Shown here piece by piece: positions 44,242-52,533 of a stretch of DNA of 64,000 bases (positions are counted from its first letter, which is position 1; every line of letters starts with the position of its first letter). Source of the DNA: an uncultured bacterium (GTDB lineage: Bacteria > Oederibacteriota > CAKKQC01); assembly GCA_964400385.1 (NCBI GenBank), contig CAYNUZ010000001.1, forward strand, positions 62-64,061. Reading direction: 5' to 3'. The translations under genes and the position numbers were made by a program. Below the pieces are notes generated by a model. That model ran no database searches and was not told where the DNA came from. It saw only the letters and a list, made by a program, of their open reading frames with translations.

Positions 44242-46170
44242 CTATCTTCGCAGCGCATCCCGCCAAGGGACCAGCAGGTCGTCATCTTTCGACCGGGCCA
44301 GCCGCAGACGGCGGGAGAGAAAGGGGTCATAGAACCCGATGCTGATGGTGACGGCCTTGGCCAGCGCAGCCTTGGCCTCAACGGGTTCCAAATCCATGCA
44401 ATCAGTGACCACAGCGCCCGGCTTCCAGGAGGTGGTGGGCCGGGTGCCGTGGACCGGGTCGTAGTTCAGGTTAGCGACCAGATGGTGGTCCTTGTCCAGC
44501 ACGTGGAAATACATCGGCCAGTTCTCGGTGATGGGTTTCCAGGCGGTCCAGCAGGTCGTAATCCGCACTGTCCCGCCCTCTGGTCGTGCTTCGATCCGAA
44601 GTAGCCGAGGCCCGAATCCCCAGTCCACTCCTTGCGCCATCAGGCCACCGGACGGGTCGCACCCTGCCCCATCGCACCTTGGCGCAGGCGAGGCCGCCGG
44701 AATCCGGACCAGCTCGTACCGATCACCGGTCTGCGAGGTGAAGGTCTTCCAGGCCCGGCGGTGCGCGGTCTTCTGCCACGCGGCCCAGGTGTTGGCACAC
44801 TCCGGCTGGAGGAGCCGGCCTTCCACGCCCAGTACGTAGACGTCCCGGTGGGTGTTCCTGGCCAGGTCCCCCGCGATCTCGTCGGCACGGCCGGAATAGA
44901 AGTAGTACCCGAGCGAGGTATAGGCGTGCGACCGGGTGATCTGCTCCAGGACCTCCCAGCCCACGTCAATCGGGATCACCAGCCGGGCCGGCGGCGACCA
45001 GGCGGTTTTCGTCGAGGCCAGGAATTCCTGAAGCCCCCACCGGATCATCTCCGGGCAGCGCGGCGGACCTGCGACCAGCGAACGCGCGCCCAGAAGGAAC
45101 ACTACCGCGAGCGCCACCCAGACCTTCCGCGCCGAAAGATACACGAGCCCGCACGCGGCCAGGACCGCAGCCAGCGGGAAGAGCCAGACGAAGTACCGCT
45201 CCAGCACGGGAATCGTGGAGCCGGAGATGCCGAGCACGAACGTGACAACAAAGATCAGCAGCGGGCGCAGGATCATGGCCTGCGCGGGGATCACAGCGGC
45301 GGCGACCAGCCCCGCGGCAATCCCGAGGGGCCCCAGGCACGACTGCGTCCCGATCGCCCGCGCCCATTTCAGCACCTTGACCGGGAAGTTGTCCGGGTTC
45401 ATCCCCACGAACACCGGGCTGCCGTGAAGCCAGGCGTAGAAGTAATGCCGCCCGTGGATCTCCCAGTAGACGATCAGCGCCAGGAGCGGGAGCGCGCCCG
45501 CGGCCACCCGGGCCAGCCGCCGCCACCGGTCCGGCCAGCCCCTTGTGAGCGGCCAGCCCGGACGCTGGCTCCCCGGCACCGGCAGCGCGAGCCAGATGGC
45601 CAGCGCCCCGGTGCCCACGCCGAACTGCTTGAGCCCCACCGCGATGGCCCCCGCGATCCCGGCACGCACCCACCGGCCCTCCACCGCGCAAAGCACCGTG
45701 AGCAGGGTGAACAACGCCAGCCCGGGATCGGCGAAGGCGGAGTAGACGTAGAAGTTCCAGAACCAGGACGTGGCCAGGATCCAGAAGGCGATCCACCCGG
45801 CGGCGGCGGAGCCGAGCTGCCGCGCGAGGCGGAAGGCCACCACGAGCGTCGCGGCCGCGATGACCAGGTTCGGCAGGAGGATCACCCACGGCCGGTCCCC
45901 CAGCGCCTTGATCAGTGCGCCCAGCAGGACCAGGTAGATGGGGGGCCGGACGACCCCCACCACGGGATGGACGAGGAACTTGTCGTGGGACCAGGCCCAG
46001 TACGTGGCCCAGCCGATGTGGAGCGACTCGTCGGTCTGGGGGTCCCGGTGCAGGTCCACCAGCCGGCAGACCACCGGCAGCGCCACGCCCGCGAGGGCCG
46101 CCAGCCACAGCGCGACCGGACCGGGGTCCGGAACGCGGAACGCGGCGGGCCGGCGGCGGGGAGGGATTAC
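44242..46170 (-). CDS. GT-C fold membrane glycosyltransferase (PMT/ArnT-like) with about 280-aa C-terminal soluble domain
   Basis: Polytopic N-terminus with acidic loop (DPQTDESLHIGWATYWAWSHDKF) after TM1 (VALWLAALAGVALPVV). The first 27 codons of ORF 44242..46248 overlap the upstream MT gene, so the start is placed near 46170. Confidence 0.5.
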   Translation of the reverse strand, partial: VIPPRRRPAAFRVPDPGPVALWLAALAGVALPVVCRLVDLHRDPQTDESLHIGWATYWAWSHDKFLVHPVVGVVRPPIYLVLLGALIKALGDRPWVILLPNLVIAAATLVVAFRLARQLGSAAAGWIAFWILATSWFWNFYVYSAFADPGLALFTLLTVLCAVEGRWVRAGIAGAIAVGLKQFGVGTGALAIWLALPVPGSQRPGWPLTRGWPDRWRRLARVAAGALPLLALIVYWEIHGRHYFYAWLHGSPVFVGMNPDNFPVKVLKWARAIGTQSCLGPLGIAAGLVAAAVIPAQAMILRPLLIFVVTFVLGISGSTIPVLERYFVWLFPLAAVLAACGLVYLSARKVWVALAVVFLLGARSLVAGPPRCPEMIRWGLQEFLASTKTAWSPPARLVIPIDVGWEVLEQITRSHAYTSLGYYFYSGRADEIAGDLARNTHRDVYVLGVEGRLLQPECANTWAAWQKTAHRRAWKTFTSQTGDRYELVRIPAASPAPRCDGAGCDPSGGLMAQGVDWGFGPRLLRIEARPEGGTVRITTCWTAWKPITENWPMYFHVLDKDHHLVANLNYDPVHGTRPTTSWKPGAVVTDCMDLEPVEAKAALAKAVTISIGFYDPFLSRRLRLARSKDDDLLVPWRDALRR

Positions 46171-47105
46171 CGCTTCCGGGCGATCACGCCCATGGAGTCG
46201 AAGGTGTTGATGTACAGCGGCAGCCGGTCCAGCCGGACGAGCCGGCACAGCCGCATCAGGACGCCCACCGTGCGCGGCGCGTATCCCGTCATCCGGCTCA
46301 GCCAGTACCCGAAGGTGAACCGCCGGCCGATGTGCCGCACCGACCGGACCTCAAACCCCACCTTGGTCAGCAGCGCGGGCAGCGTGGCCCCCGAGAAGTA
46401 GTAGAGGTGCGCGGCCCGCAGCCCCCACCACCACCGGCCCATCAGCCGGGCCACGGGGGCGCCGATGTCGGGCGTATATATATAGAAGGCGCCGCCGGGG
46501 CGCAGGATCCGGTGGATCTCGGTCAGCACCCGGGTGGGGTCCGGCAGGTGTTCGATCACGTCCAGCAGGGTCACGGCATCGAACGACCCGTCGGGGAACC
46601 TGGCGCTGTCCACCGACCCCTCGATCACGTCCAGCTTGAACACCTCCCGGGCGTGGCGGACCGCCCACTTGGACGGCTCGACCCCCCGGGCCTGCCAGCG
46701 CGGGGCGGCGGCGGCCAGCAGCACCCCCACCCCGCACCCGATATCGAGCAACCGGCCGGGCGGCACCTCCCGCTCCAGCATCCGCACCACCCGGCGGGCC
46801 GAGGCCAGCCGGCCGGCGAACTGCTCGAGGTACAGGGGGTCCTCGGAGTCCTGGTACGACGACTGGATGAACTCCCACCGCTGCCGGGGGTGCAGCCGGG
46901 CCAGCCCGCACCCGGTGCAGGTCACGACCCGGCCGTACCCGCCGTACTGGTCGGTGGTGGCCACGAACTTCTCCTCCGCGTGGAGGTCGCCCTGGTTCTC
47001 GAACCGGACCCGGTAGCCGGTCGCCCCGCACGCGTCGCACGCGGGCTCTTCGAGGACCGGACGGGACGGCTGAATCACGGTGTATTTTATGGGCTGCGCG
47101 CGCAC
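46167..47105 (-). CDS. Class I SAM-dependent methyltransferase with N-terminal Cys4 zinc-ribbon
   Basis: CDACG...CTGCG zinc ribbon; SAM motif LLDIGCGVGVL; motif II/III DAVTLLDVIEHLPDP ... LRPGGAFYIYTP. Typical of sugar/glycan-modifying methyltransferases in polysaccharide loci. Confidence 0.65.
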   Translation of the reverse strand: MRAQPIKYTVIQPSRPVLEEPACDACGATGYRVRFENQGDLHAEEKFVATTDQYGGYGRVVTCTGCGLARLHPRQRWEFIQSSYQDSEDPLYLEQFAGRLASARRVVRMLEREVPPGRLLDIGCGVGVLLAAAAPRWQARGVEPSKWAVRHAREVFKLDVIEGSVDSARFPDGSFDAVTLLDVIEHLPDPTRVLTEIHRILRPGGAFYIYTPDIGAPVARLMGRWWWGLRAAHLYYFSGATLPALLTKVGFEVRSVRHIGRRFTFGYWLSRMTGYAPRTVGVLMRLCRLVRLDRLPLYINTFDSMGVIARKR

Positions 47106-47137
47106 GCGGGCAAGCCGAAACAGGGATAATACGGGCC

Positions 47138-48328
47138 ATGTCCCCCGAGCCCGCGGCCCAGACCCCGCCCGTGCACGACACCACGCCCGTGCCCGGCATC
47201 CCGATGCTGGATATGCCCTTGCACCTCGCGCCCCACCGGGAGGCGATCGTGGCCGCGCTGGCGCGCGTGGTGGACTCCGGGCAGTTCATCCTGGGGCCGG
47301 AAGTGGAGCAGCTCGAGGACCGGCTGGCCGCGGCCTCGGGGTGCGCCCACGCCGTCGGCGTCTCGTCCGGCACCGACGCCCTGCTCGCCGCGCTGATGGC
47401 GCTGGGCGTGGGGCCGGGGGACGAGGTCGTGACCTCGCCGTTCACCTTCTTCGCGACCGCGGGCGCGATCGCGCGGCTGGGCGCCACCCCGGTGTTCTCG
47501 GACATTGACCCCCAGACGTTCAACCTCGACCCGGCCTTCCTCGAAAAGGCGATCACCCCGAAGACAAAGGTCCTCCTGCCCGTCCACCTCTACGGCCAGT
47601 GCGCCGACATGGACGCGGTGCTGAACGCCGCCCGGCGCGCCAGCCTCCATGTGCTGGAGGACACGGCGCAGGCGATCGGGGCGGAGTACCGGCCGGGCCG
47701 CACCGCGGGGTCCATGGGCGCCGCCGGGTGCCTCTCGTTCTTCCCCACCAAGAACCTGGGGGGCATTGGCGAGGGCGGCATGGTGGTGACCAACGACGCG
47801 GGCATCGCGGACCGGGTCCGGACGCTGCGCAACCACGGCAGCCGGGAACGGTACCGGCACGAGGCCGTGGGCGGCAACTTCCGGATGAACGCGCTCCAGG
47901 CGGCCGGGCTGAACGTGCTGGCGCCGCACCTGCATGCGTGGACGGACCGGCGGATGGCGAACGCCGCCCGGTACCGGGCGCTGTTCGAGGGGTGCCGGCT
48001 GCCGGAAACCGCCGGGATCGTCCTGCCGCTCCCGGTGCACGAGCAGCACGGCGTCACCCGGCCGCATATCTTCCACCAGTACGTGATCCGCGCCCCCCGG
48101 CGGGACGCGCTGCGGCTGCACCTCACCAAGGCGGGGATCGGGGCGGAGGTGTACTACCCCGTGCCGCTCCACCTCCAGCCGTGCTTCGCCCACCTGGGGT
48201 ACCGGCCCGGGTCCCTGCCCGAGGCCGAACGGGCCGCGGGTGAGGTGCTGGCGCTGCCGATCCACCCCGAGCTGACCGAAGCCCAGCAACGGACGGTGGT
48301 CGAACACATCCACGCCTTCTACCGCTGA
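47138..48328 (+). CDS. DegT/DnrJ/EryC1/StrS-family PLP-dependent sugar aminotransferase (ArnB-like)
   Basis: Family hallmarks GPEVEQLEDRLA, VSSGTDAL, VVTSPFTFFATA, SFFPTKNLG..GEGG, RNHG; probable functional start at MLDMPLHL (about 47204). Confidence 0.8.
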   Translation: MSPEPAAQTPPVHDTTPVPGIPMLDMPLHLAPHREAIVAALARVVDSGQFILGPEVEQLEDRLAAASGCAHAVGVSSGTDALLAALMALGVGPGDEVVTSPFTFFATAGAIARLGATPVFSDIDPQTFNLDPAFLEKAITPKTKVLLPVHLYGQCADMDAVLNAARRASLHVLEDTAQAIGAEYRPGRTAGSMGAAGCLSFFPTKNLGGIGEGGMVVTNDAGIADRVRTLRNHGSRERYRHEAVGGNFRMNALQAAGLNVLAPHLHAWTDRRMANAARYRALFEGCRLPETAGIVLPLPVHEQHGVTRPHIFHQYVIRAPRRDALRLHLTKAGIGAEVYYPVPLHLQPCFAHLGYRPGSLPEAERAAGEVLALPIHPELTEAQQRTVVEHIHAFYR

Positions 48329-48330
48329 CC

Positions 48331-49758
48331 ATGCTGACGGCCCCGCTCCTCCTGGCCGTGGCCGGCTGGCTGACGTTCGGCCGGCTGCAGGGGCTGGTGA
48401 ACGGAAACCCCGACTCGCTGATCCCGGTCTTCGTGAGCCTCTGGAAGTGGACGCCCATGTATTGGGAGCAGGACCGGTACGGCATGCTCCTGCCCTTCCT
48501 GGCCCGGCCGCTGCACCACCCCCTGACCAACCTCCTCGCCCAGCAATTCGCGGCGGCGCTGCTTTCCGCCACGGCGTTCATTACCGTGCCGTGGTACCTC
48601 CTCGGCGGTGACCGGGGCCGCACCGCCGGGTGGGTCGCGCTCGGGATCTGCGTGGCGGGGACGCCCCTCCTGATCCAGTACGACGCCTTCGGGCTCGCCC
48701 AGCCGTACGGCGTCGCGCACGGACTGGCCGCGCTGGGATTGGTGGGTCTGACGGAGCTGCGGGCCGCCCGGCGGCCCTGGTGGGGCGGCGCCGCGGCCTT
48801 CGTCTTCCTGCCCCTGGCGATGTGGGTCAACGCCGCGATCGCCCCCGTGGTGCTGGCGCTCTTCCTGGGCCGGCAGTGGATCGTCCAGAAGCACTTCGAT
48901 GCCGGCAAGCTGGTTCGCCAGCCAGAGATCGCGCTCGTCGGGCTGGCGACGGCCGTGGGGCTGCGCATCGAGCATGTGCTCGGCCACCACAGCGGGTTCC
49001 AGCAGAAATACCTGCGGACGCCGGCCGCCCAGTGGCCCGCGGGATGGGTCGCGATGGCGCGCCATGCGGCGGACGCGTACGGCCCGGTGCTGTTCCTCAG
49101 TCTCGGGATCGTGGCCGGCATCGGGCTGGTCTGGAGTATCACCCGCACGCCGCGGCGGGATCCCGGCCCGGTCCGGGCTGCCCTGACCTGCCTGGGCGCC
49201 GGGGTCGCCTTGCTGCTGGCCTTCGGGACGCTCCAGCATGTGCAGAACAACGGGTACGCCGCCCGGTATGCGCTCACGCCGATGTTCCTGCTCATTGTCG
49301 CCACCGGCATCCTCGTCTCGAGTGTGCTCGGCCGGGCCACCCGCATCGCGGCACCGGCGCTGCTGCTGCTCGGGCTGGTCTGCCGCCATGGAGTTCCGAC
49401 CCCCGGAACACCGCGGGCCCTGATCTGCGTGCCGCCCGTCACCACCCGGGCCGAAGCCGTCCTGCACCTGGGCGCCACCCATGTGCTGGGCAGCTACTGG
49501 CACACGTGGCCGCTGGTTTTTCAGGCGAACCTGCTGAGCGTGGAGCGGGGCGGCACGGCTCCCATTTGGGGCCTCTCCGGCCGCAGCGTCCCCATCACTC
49601 CGCTCTGGCGCGCGCGTCCCCTGCGCGAGTGGCGCATCGCGACGGTGACCGGTGATCCCCAGCTCCCGTACTGGCGGTCCTTCTACAAGCTGCCCCGGCT
49701 GGTCCGGGTGGCGCAGGAAGGCGACGTCAACCTCTGGCGGGTCGCCGACCGGCCTTGA
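48331..49758 (+). CDS. Polytopic integral membrane protein, possibly GT-C-like; function unknown
   Basis: 475 aa, hydrophobic helices throughout; start 3 nt after the aminotransferase stop, so it is operonic. Confidence 0.4.
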   Translation: MLTAPLLLAVAGWLTFGRLQGLVNGNPDSLIPVFVSLWKWTPMYWEQDRYGMLLPFLARPLHHPLTNLLAQQFAAALLSATAFITVPWYLLGGDRGRTAGWVALGICVAGTPLLIQYDAFGLAQPYGVAHGLAALGLVGLTELRAARRPWWGGAAAFVFLPLAMWVNAAIAPVVLALFLGRQWIVQKHFDAGKLVRQPEIALVGLATAVGLRIEHVLGHHSGFQQKYLRTPAAQWPAGWVAMARHAADAYGPVLFLSLGIVAGIGLVWSITRTPRRDPGPVRAALTCLGAGVALLLAFGTLQHVQNNGYAARYALTPMFLLIVATGILVSSVLGRATRIAAPALLLLGLVCRHGVPTPGTPRALICVPPVTTRAEAVLHLGATHVLGSYWHTWPLVFQANLLSVERGGTAPIWGLSGRSVPITPLWRARPLREWRIATVTGDPQLPYWRSFYKLPRLVRVAQEGDVNLWRVADRP

Positions 49759-49776
49759 GGGGGACGGGCCGGGGCT

Positions 49777-51264
49777 TTGTATCGTGATGGCATGAGACGC
49801 CCACCGGCCTCGCGCGTTCCGTCGGTCGGCTGGCTGGTGGCGGCGCATGTGGCGCTGGCCGCGGCGTGGGGGGTGGCGGTGCCGTCGTTCGAGAAGCCGG
49901 ACGAGCCCGGCCACTTCGAGGTCGCCCGGTTCCTCGTGACCCACCACCGGCTCCCCCGGCCGCTCCCCGCCGGGAAGGGGGTCGAGTGCCCGTGGGAGTT
50001 CCACCACCCGCCGCTGTACCACGCGCTGGCCGGGACGCTGCTGGCGGCGGTGGACCCCACGTTCGGCGGCGAGCTGCGCACCGACCTGCTGCGCAACACC
50101 TTCTACGCCCGCAAGGAGGAGGCGCGGCGCGCGGCCGCCCGGCCGGCCGTGCCGCGGCTGAACCTGCGCGGCCCGCTCTTCGGCGGGCCCGAGGCCGGGT
50201 TCTTCCGCCGCGACCCGCGGGACACCTTCCCGTGGGCGCCGCCGTACCGGGGCGTGCGGCTCCTGCGGCTGGCCGGGCTGGCGGTGGGCGCGCTGACCGT
50301 GCTGGCGGTGGCCCGGCTCGCAGCGGTCGTGCTGGGCGAAGGACCCTGGGCCTTTGCCGCCACCGCGTTCGTGGCTCTCAATCCACAAGTCTGCTTCCTG
50401 ATGACCTCGATCTCCAACGACGGGCTGGCGGCGCTGCTGGGCGCGCTGGTGACGCTGGCCGCGATCCGGATTGCCCGCCGTGACGACCGGTGCGCCGGGT
50501 CGCCCTTGGCCGTGGCGGGCCTGGGACTCGCGCTGGGGCTGGCGCTGCTGACCCGGATGACGCTGCTCGCCCTCGTCCCGTTCACCGTCGCGTGCCTCTG
50601 GGTAGCGTCCCGCCGCGACCGGAGCACGTTCGTCCGCCTGGCGCTCGGCTGCTGCGGTGTCGCCGGCGCGGTGGCGGGCTGGTGGTTCGTCCGAAACACG
50701 GTGGTCTACGGCGACCCGCTCGCGCAGGCCGCGTGCCTCGTGGCCAACGCGGGCCTGACCACCCACCGGTGGATCGGCTCCCGGTTCTTCTGGCTCCCCC
50801 GCGAGGACGGGTTCGTCTCCCGCACGTTCCAGTCGTACTGGGGCTTCTTCGGTTGGATGAGCCTCCCCCAGAGCCGGCGCATCGCCGTGCAGCTCGCGGT
50901 CGTCTGTGTCACGGGCGCCGCGGGTGCGATGGCCTCATGGCGGTCGGCCCGTCATTCGCGGAGTGCAGCCACCACCCGGGACCGGACCACCCTCGCCCTG
51001 CTCGCCTTCCACATCGCCCTGTCCATCGCGCTGGTGGTGAACCTGAACCTCACCTACACCTCGCCCCAGGGCCGGTACCTCTTCGGCTCGCTGGGGCCGG
51101 TGTCCATCCTGGTCGTCCTGGGGCTGCGCCACTGGTCTACCCGCCTCGGCTGGCGCCGACCGGGGATTGCAGCCGCCTGGTCGCTCCCTGCCTACCTGCT
51201 CGTGGTCAATGCAGTGGATCTGGTCGGGATCCTGCACTTCTACGCAACTTCCAGCTCTAGCTGA
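49777..51264 (+). CDS. ArnT/PMT-like GT-C membrane glycosyltransferase (GT83/GT39-type)
   Basis: First periplasmic loop motif FEKPDEPGHFEVARFL (the acidic DE motif of ArnT/PMT enzymes); PPLYH; 11-13 predicted TM helices. Confidence 0.6.
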   Translation: MYRDGMRRPPASRVPSVGWLVAAHVALAAAWGVAVPSFEKPDEPGHFEVARFLVTHHRLPRPLPAGKGVECPWEFHHPPLYHALAGTLLAAVDPTFGGELRTDLLRNTFYARKEEARRAAARPAVPRLNLRGPLFGGPEAGFFRRDPRDTFPWAPPYRGVRLLRLAGLAVGALTVLAVARLAAVVLGEGPWAFAATAFVALNPQVCFLMTSISNDGLAALLGALVTLAAIRIARRDDRCAGSPLAVAGLGLALGLALLTRMTLLALVPFTVACLWVASRRDRSTFVRLALGCCGVAGAVAGWWFVRNTVVYGDPLAQAACLVANAGLTTHRWIGSRFFWLPREDGFVSRTFQSYWGFFGWMSLPQSRRIAVQLAVVCVTGAAGAMASWRSARHSRSAATTRDRTTLALLAFHIALSIALVVNLNLTYTSPQGRYLFGSLGPVSILVVLGLRHWSTRLGWRRPGIAAAWSLPAYLLVVNAVDLVGILHFYATSSSS

Positions 51265-51276
51265 TCTTCGCCCTCG

Positions 51277-52212
51277 CTACTTCTTCGATTTCGACTTGGC
51301 TGCTGGCTTCGCCTTCGCAGCGGCCGGGGGCGGATTCAGCAGGGCTCTAGCTTCCTCACGCAGTATCGTGAGGGCGGGTTCCTTGATAAGCTTCGTGTCT
51401 TGCGCGTTCAATTCGTTCAATAGAGCTCGCCAGCTCCTCGAAGCTGCCTTTGTTGATAGGCTCTGGCATATCCCATCCGGCGCGATGAGCTTTAGGGCGC
51501 ACGCGGTTTCAATGTCCTTTGACAACAAACTAGCTGTGACCTCCCGGGTGGGCGTGACGATCAGACCGACGGGGTCGAAGTCGATGTGGACTCGCGCCAC
51601 TTCTCCTGGCCTGACGAAAACAGGGAAGTACGACCGAACTGTATGGAGCCACACCTGATTCCCTCTTGCCAGCAAGATACGGCTGGAGTCCGACATGTTT
51701 GTCGAGCTGGAATCTGGCGGAATGGGCTCGTCGCTTCGCCGTCTGCGAAAACCGTCGAGGGCGACGGATGCGACCGCTTCGGAAATGCCGTGCAACTCCA
51801 CCTCGAGCCCAGTTCGTGTCCAAGTGTGAACGGAGACGTGCCATCCTGTCCAAGAGGCTGGCTTGCCTGCATTGGGGCCCTCATCGGAGTTGGTATTCAT
51901 TGGATCCACGATAGTCTCAGGAATATTTCGAATCATCGTACCCTGGCCATACTTGTCCACAGGTTGAGACAGATCCACTCCGGCCCGCCGCCCCTGACTG
52001 TCGATCACGACCATCAAGGCAGGTGGAGCGTAAGCCGTGATGCCCACATGCGGCATGTTGCCATCGCTGGGGATCCCCCCGGGCGGCACCTTGGGCCGAG
52101 GCCCCATATCAGCCAAACTCCGTACACTCCACGGACTCACCAGTGCCCACAGCAAGAGGAATCGAAATGTGGCCTTGCAGACCGAACGTTTCACTGTGGT
52201 GTAACCGACCAC
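51277..52212 (-). CDS. Hypothetical secreted protein with Lys/Ala-rich C-terminal tail; lower-GC gene inserted between plus-strand genes
   Basis: Signal peptide (FRFLLLWALVSPWSVRSLA), C-terminus PPPAAAKAKPAAKSKSKK; GC is clearly lower than the neighbours. Confidence 0.4.
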   Translation of the reverse strand: MVGYTTVKRSVCKATFRFLLLWALVSPWSVRSLADMGPRPKVPPGGIPSDGNMPHVGITAYAPPALMVVIDSQGRRAGVDLSQPVDKYGQGTMIRNIPETIVDPMNTNSDEGPNAGKPASWTGWHVSVHTWTRTGLEVELHGISEAVASVALDGFRRRRSDEPIPPDSSSTNMSDSSRILLARGNQVWLHTVRSYFPVFVRPGEVARVHIDFDPVGLIVTPTREVTASLLSKDIETACALKLIAPDGICQSLSTKAASRSWRALLNELNAQDTKLIKEPALTILREEARALLNPPPAAAKAKPAAKSKSKK

Positions 52213-52533
52213 TGGGGTGTTGAATGAGAAGGGACGTATTTGAATAACTTGATAAGTGTCACTTCATAGCCAGGTCGGTTGAGGTTTGCGTAGTTCCGCA
52301 TCGATGGAGCCGCTACGAAATGCGTGAGAAGGAAGATGGATCGCATACTCATTTCTATCCCCCATATTTGATCACACCGAGTGAGAGCAAGGTCGACTCG
52401 GCCGATCGTATTGCGCCGTTCAAATGACAATGGGAGCAGGCCTCGGTGATTTCTCCTTGAAGGCTCGGACCTTCGCGCGTTTTGGATCTAGTCAGGGAAC
52501 ATTTTGATCCGATTCCACGGTTAGAATAGACCA
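52213..52533. promoter_or_regulatory. About 320-nt AT-rich intergenic region upstream of dsbD (promoter / possible small RNA)
   Basis: About 48% GC versus about 68% background; contains only a short, probably spurious ORF (52191..52430). Confidence 0.25.

Noticed and set aside
52191-52430. 79-aa minus-strand ORF in the AT-rich spacer before dsbD
   Set aside because: No motifs, odd composition, and it overlaps the 3' end of the upstream gene region. More likely non-coding regulatory DNA.
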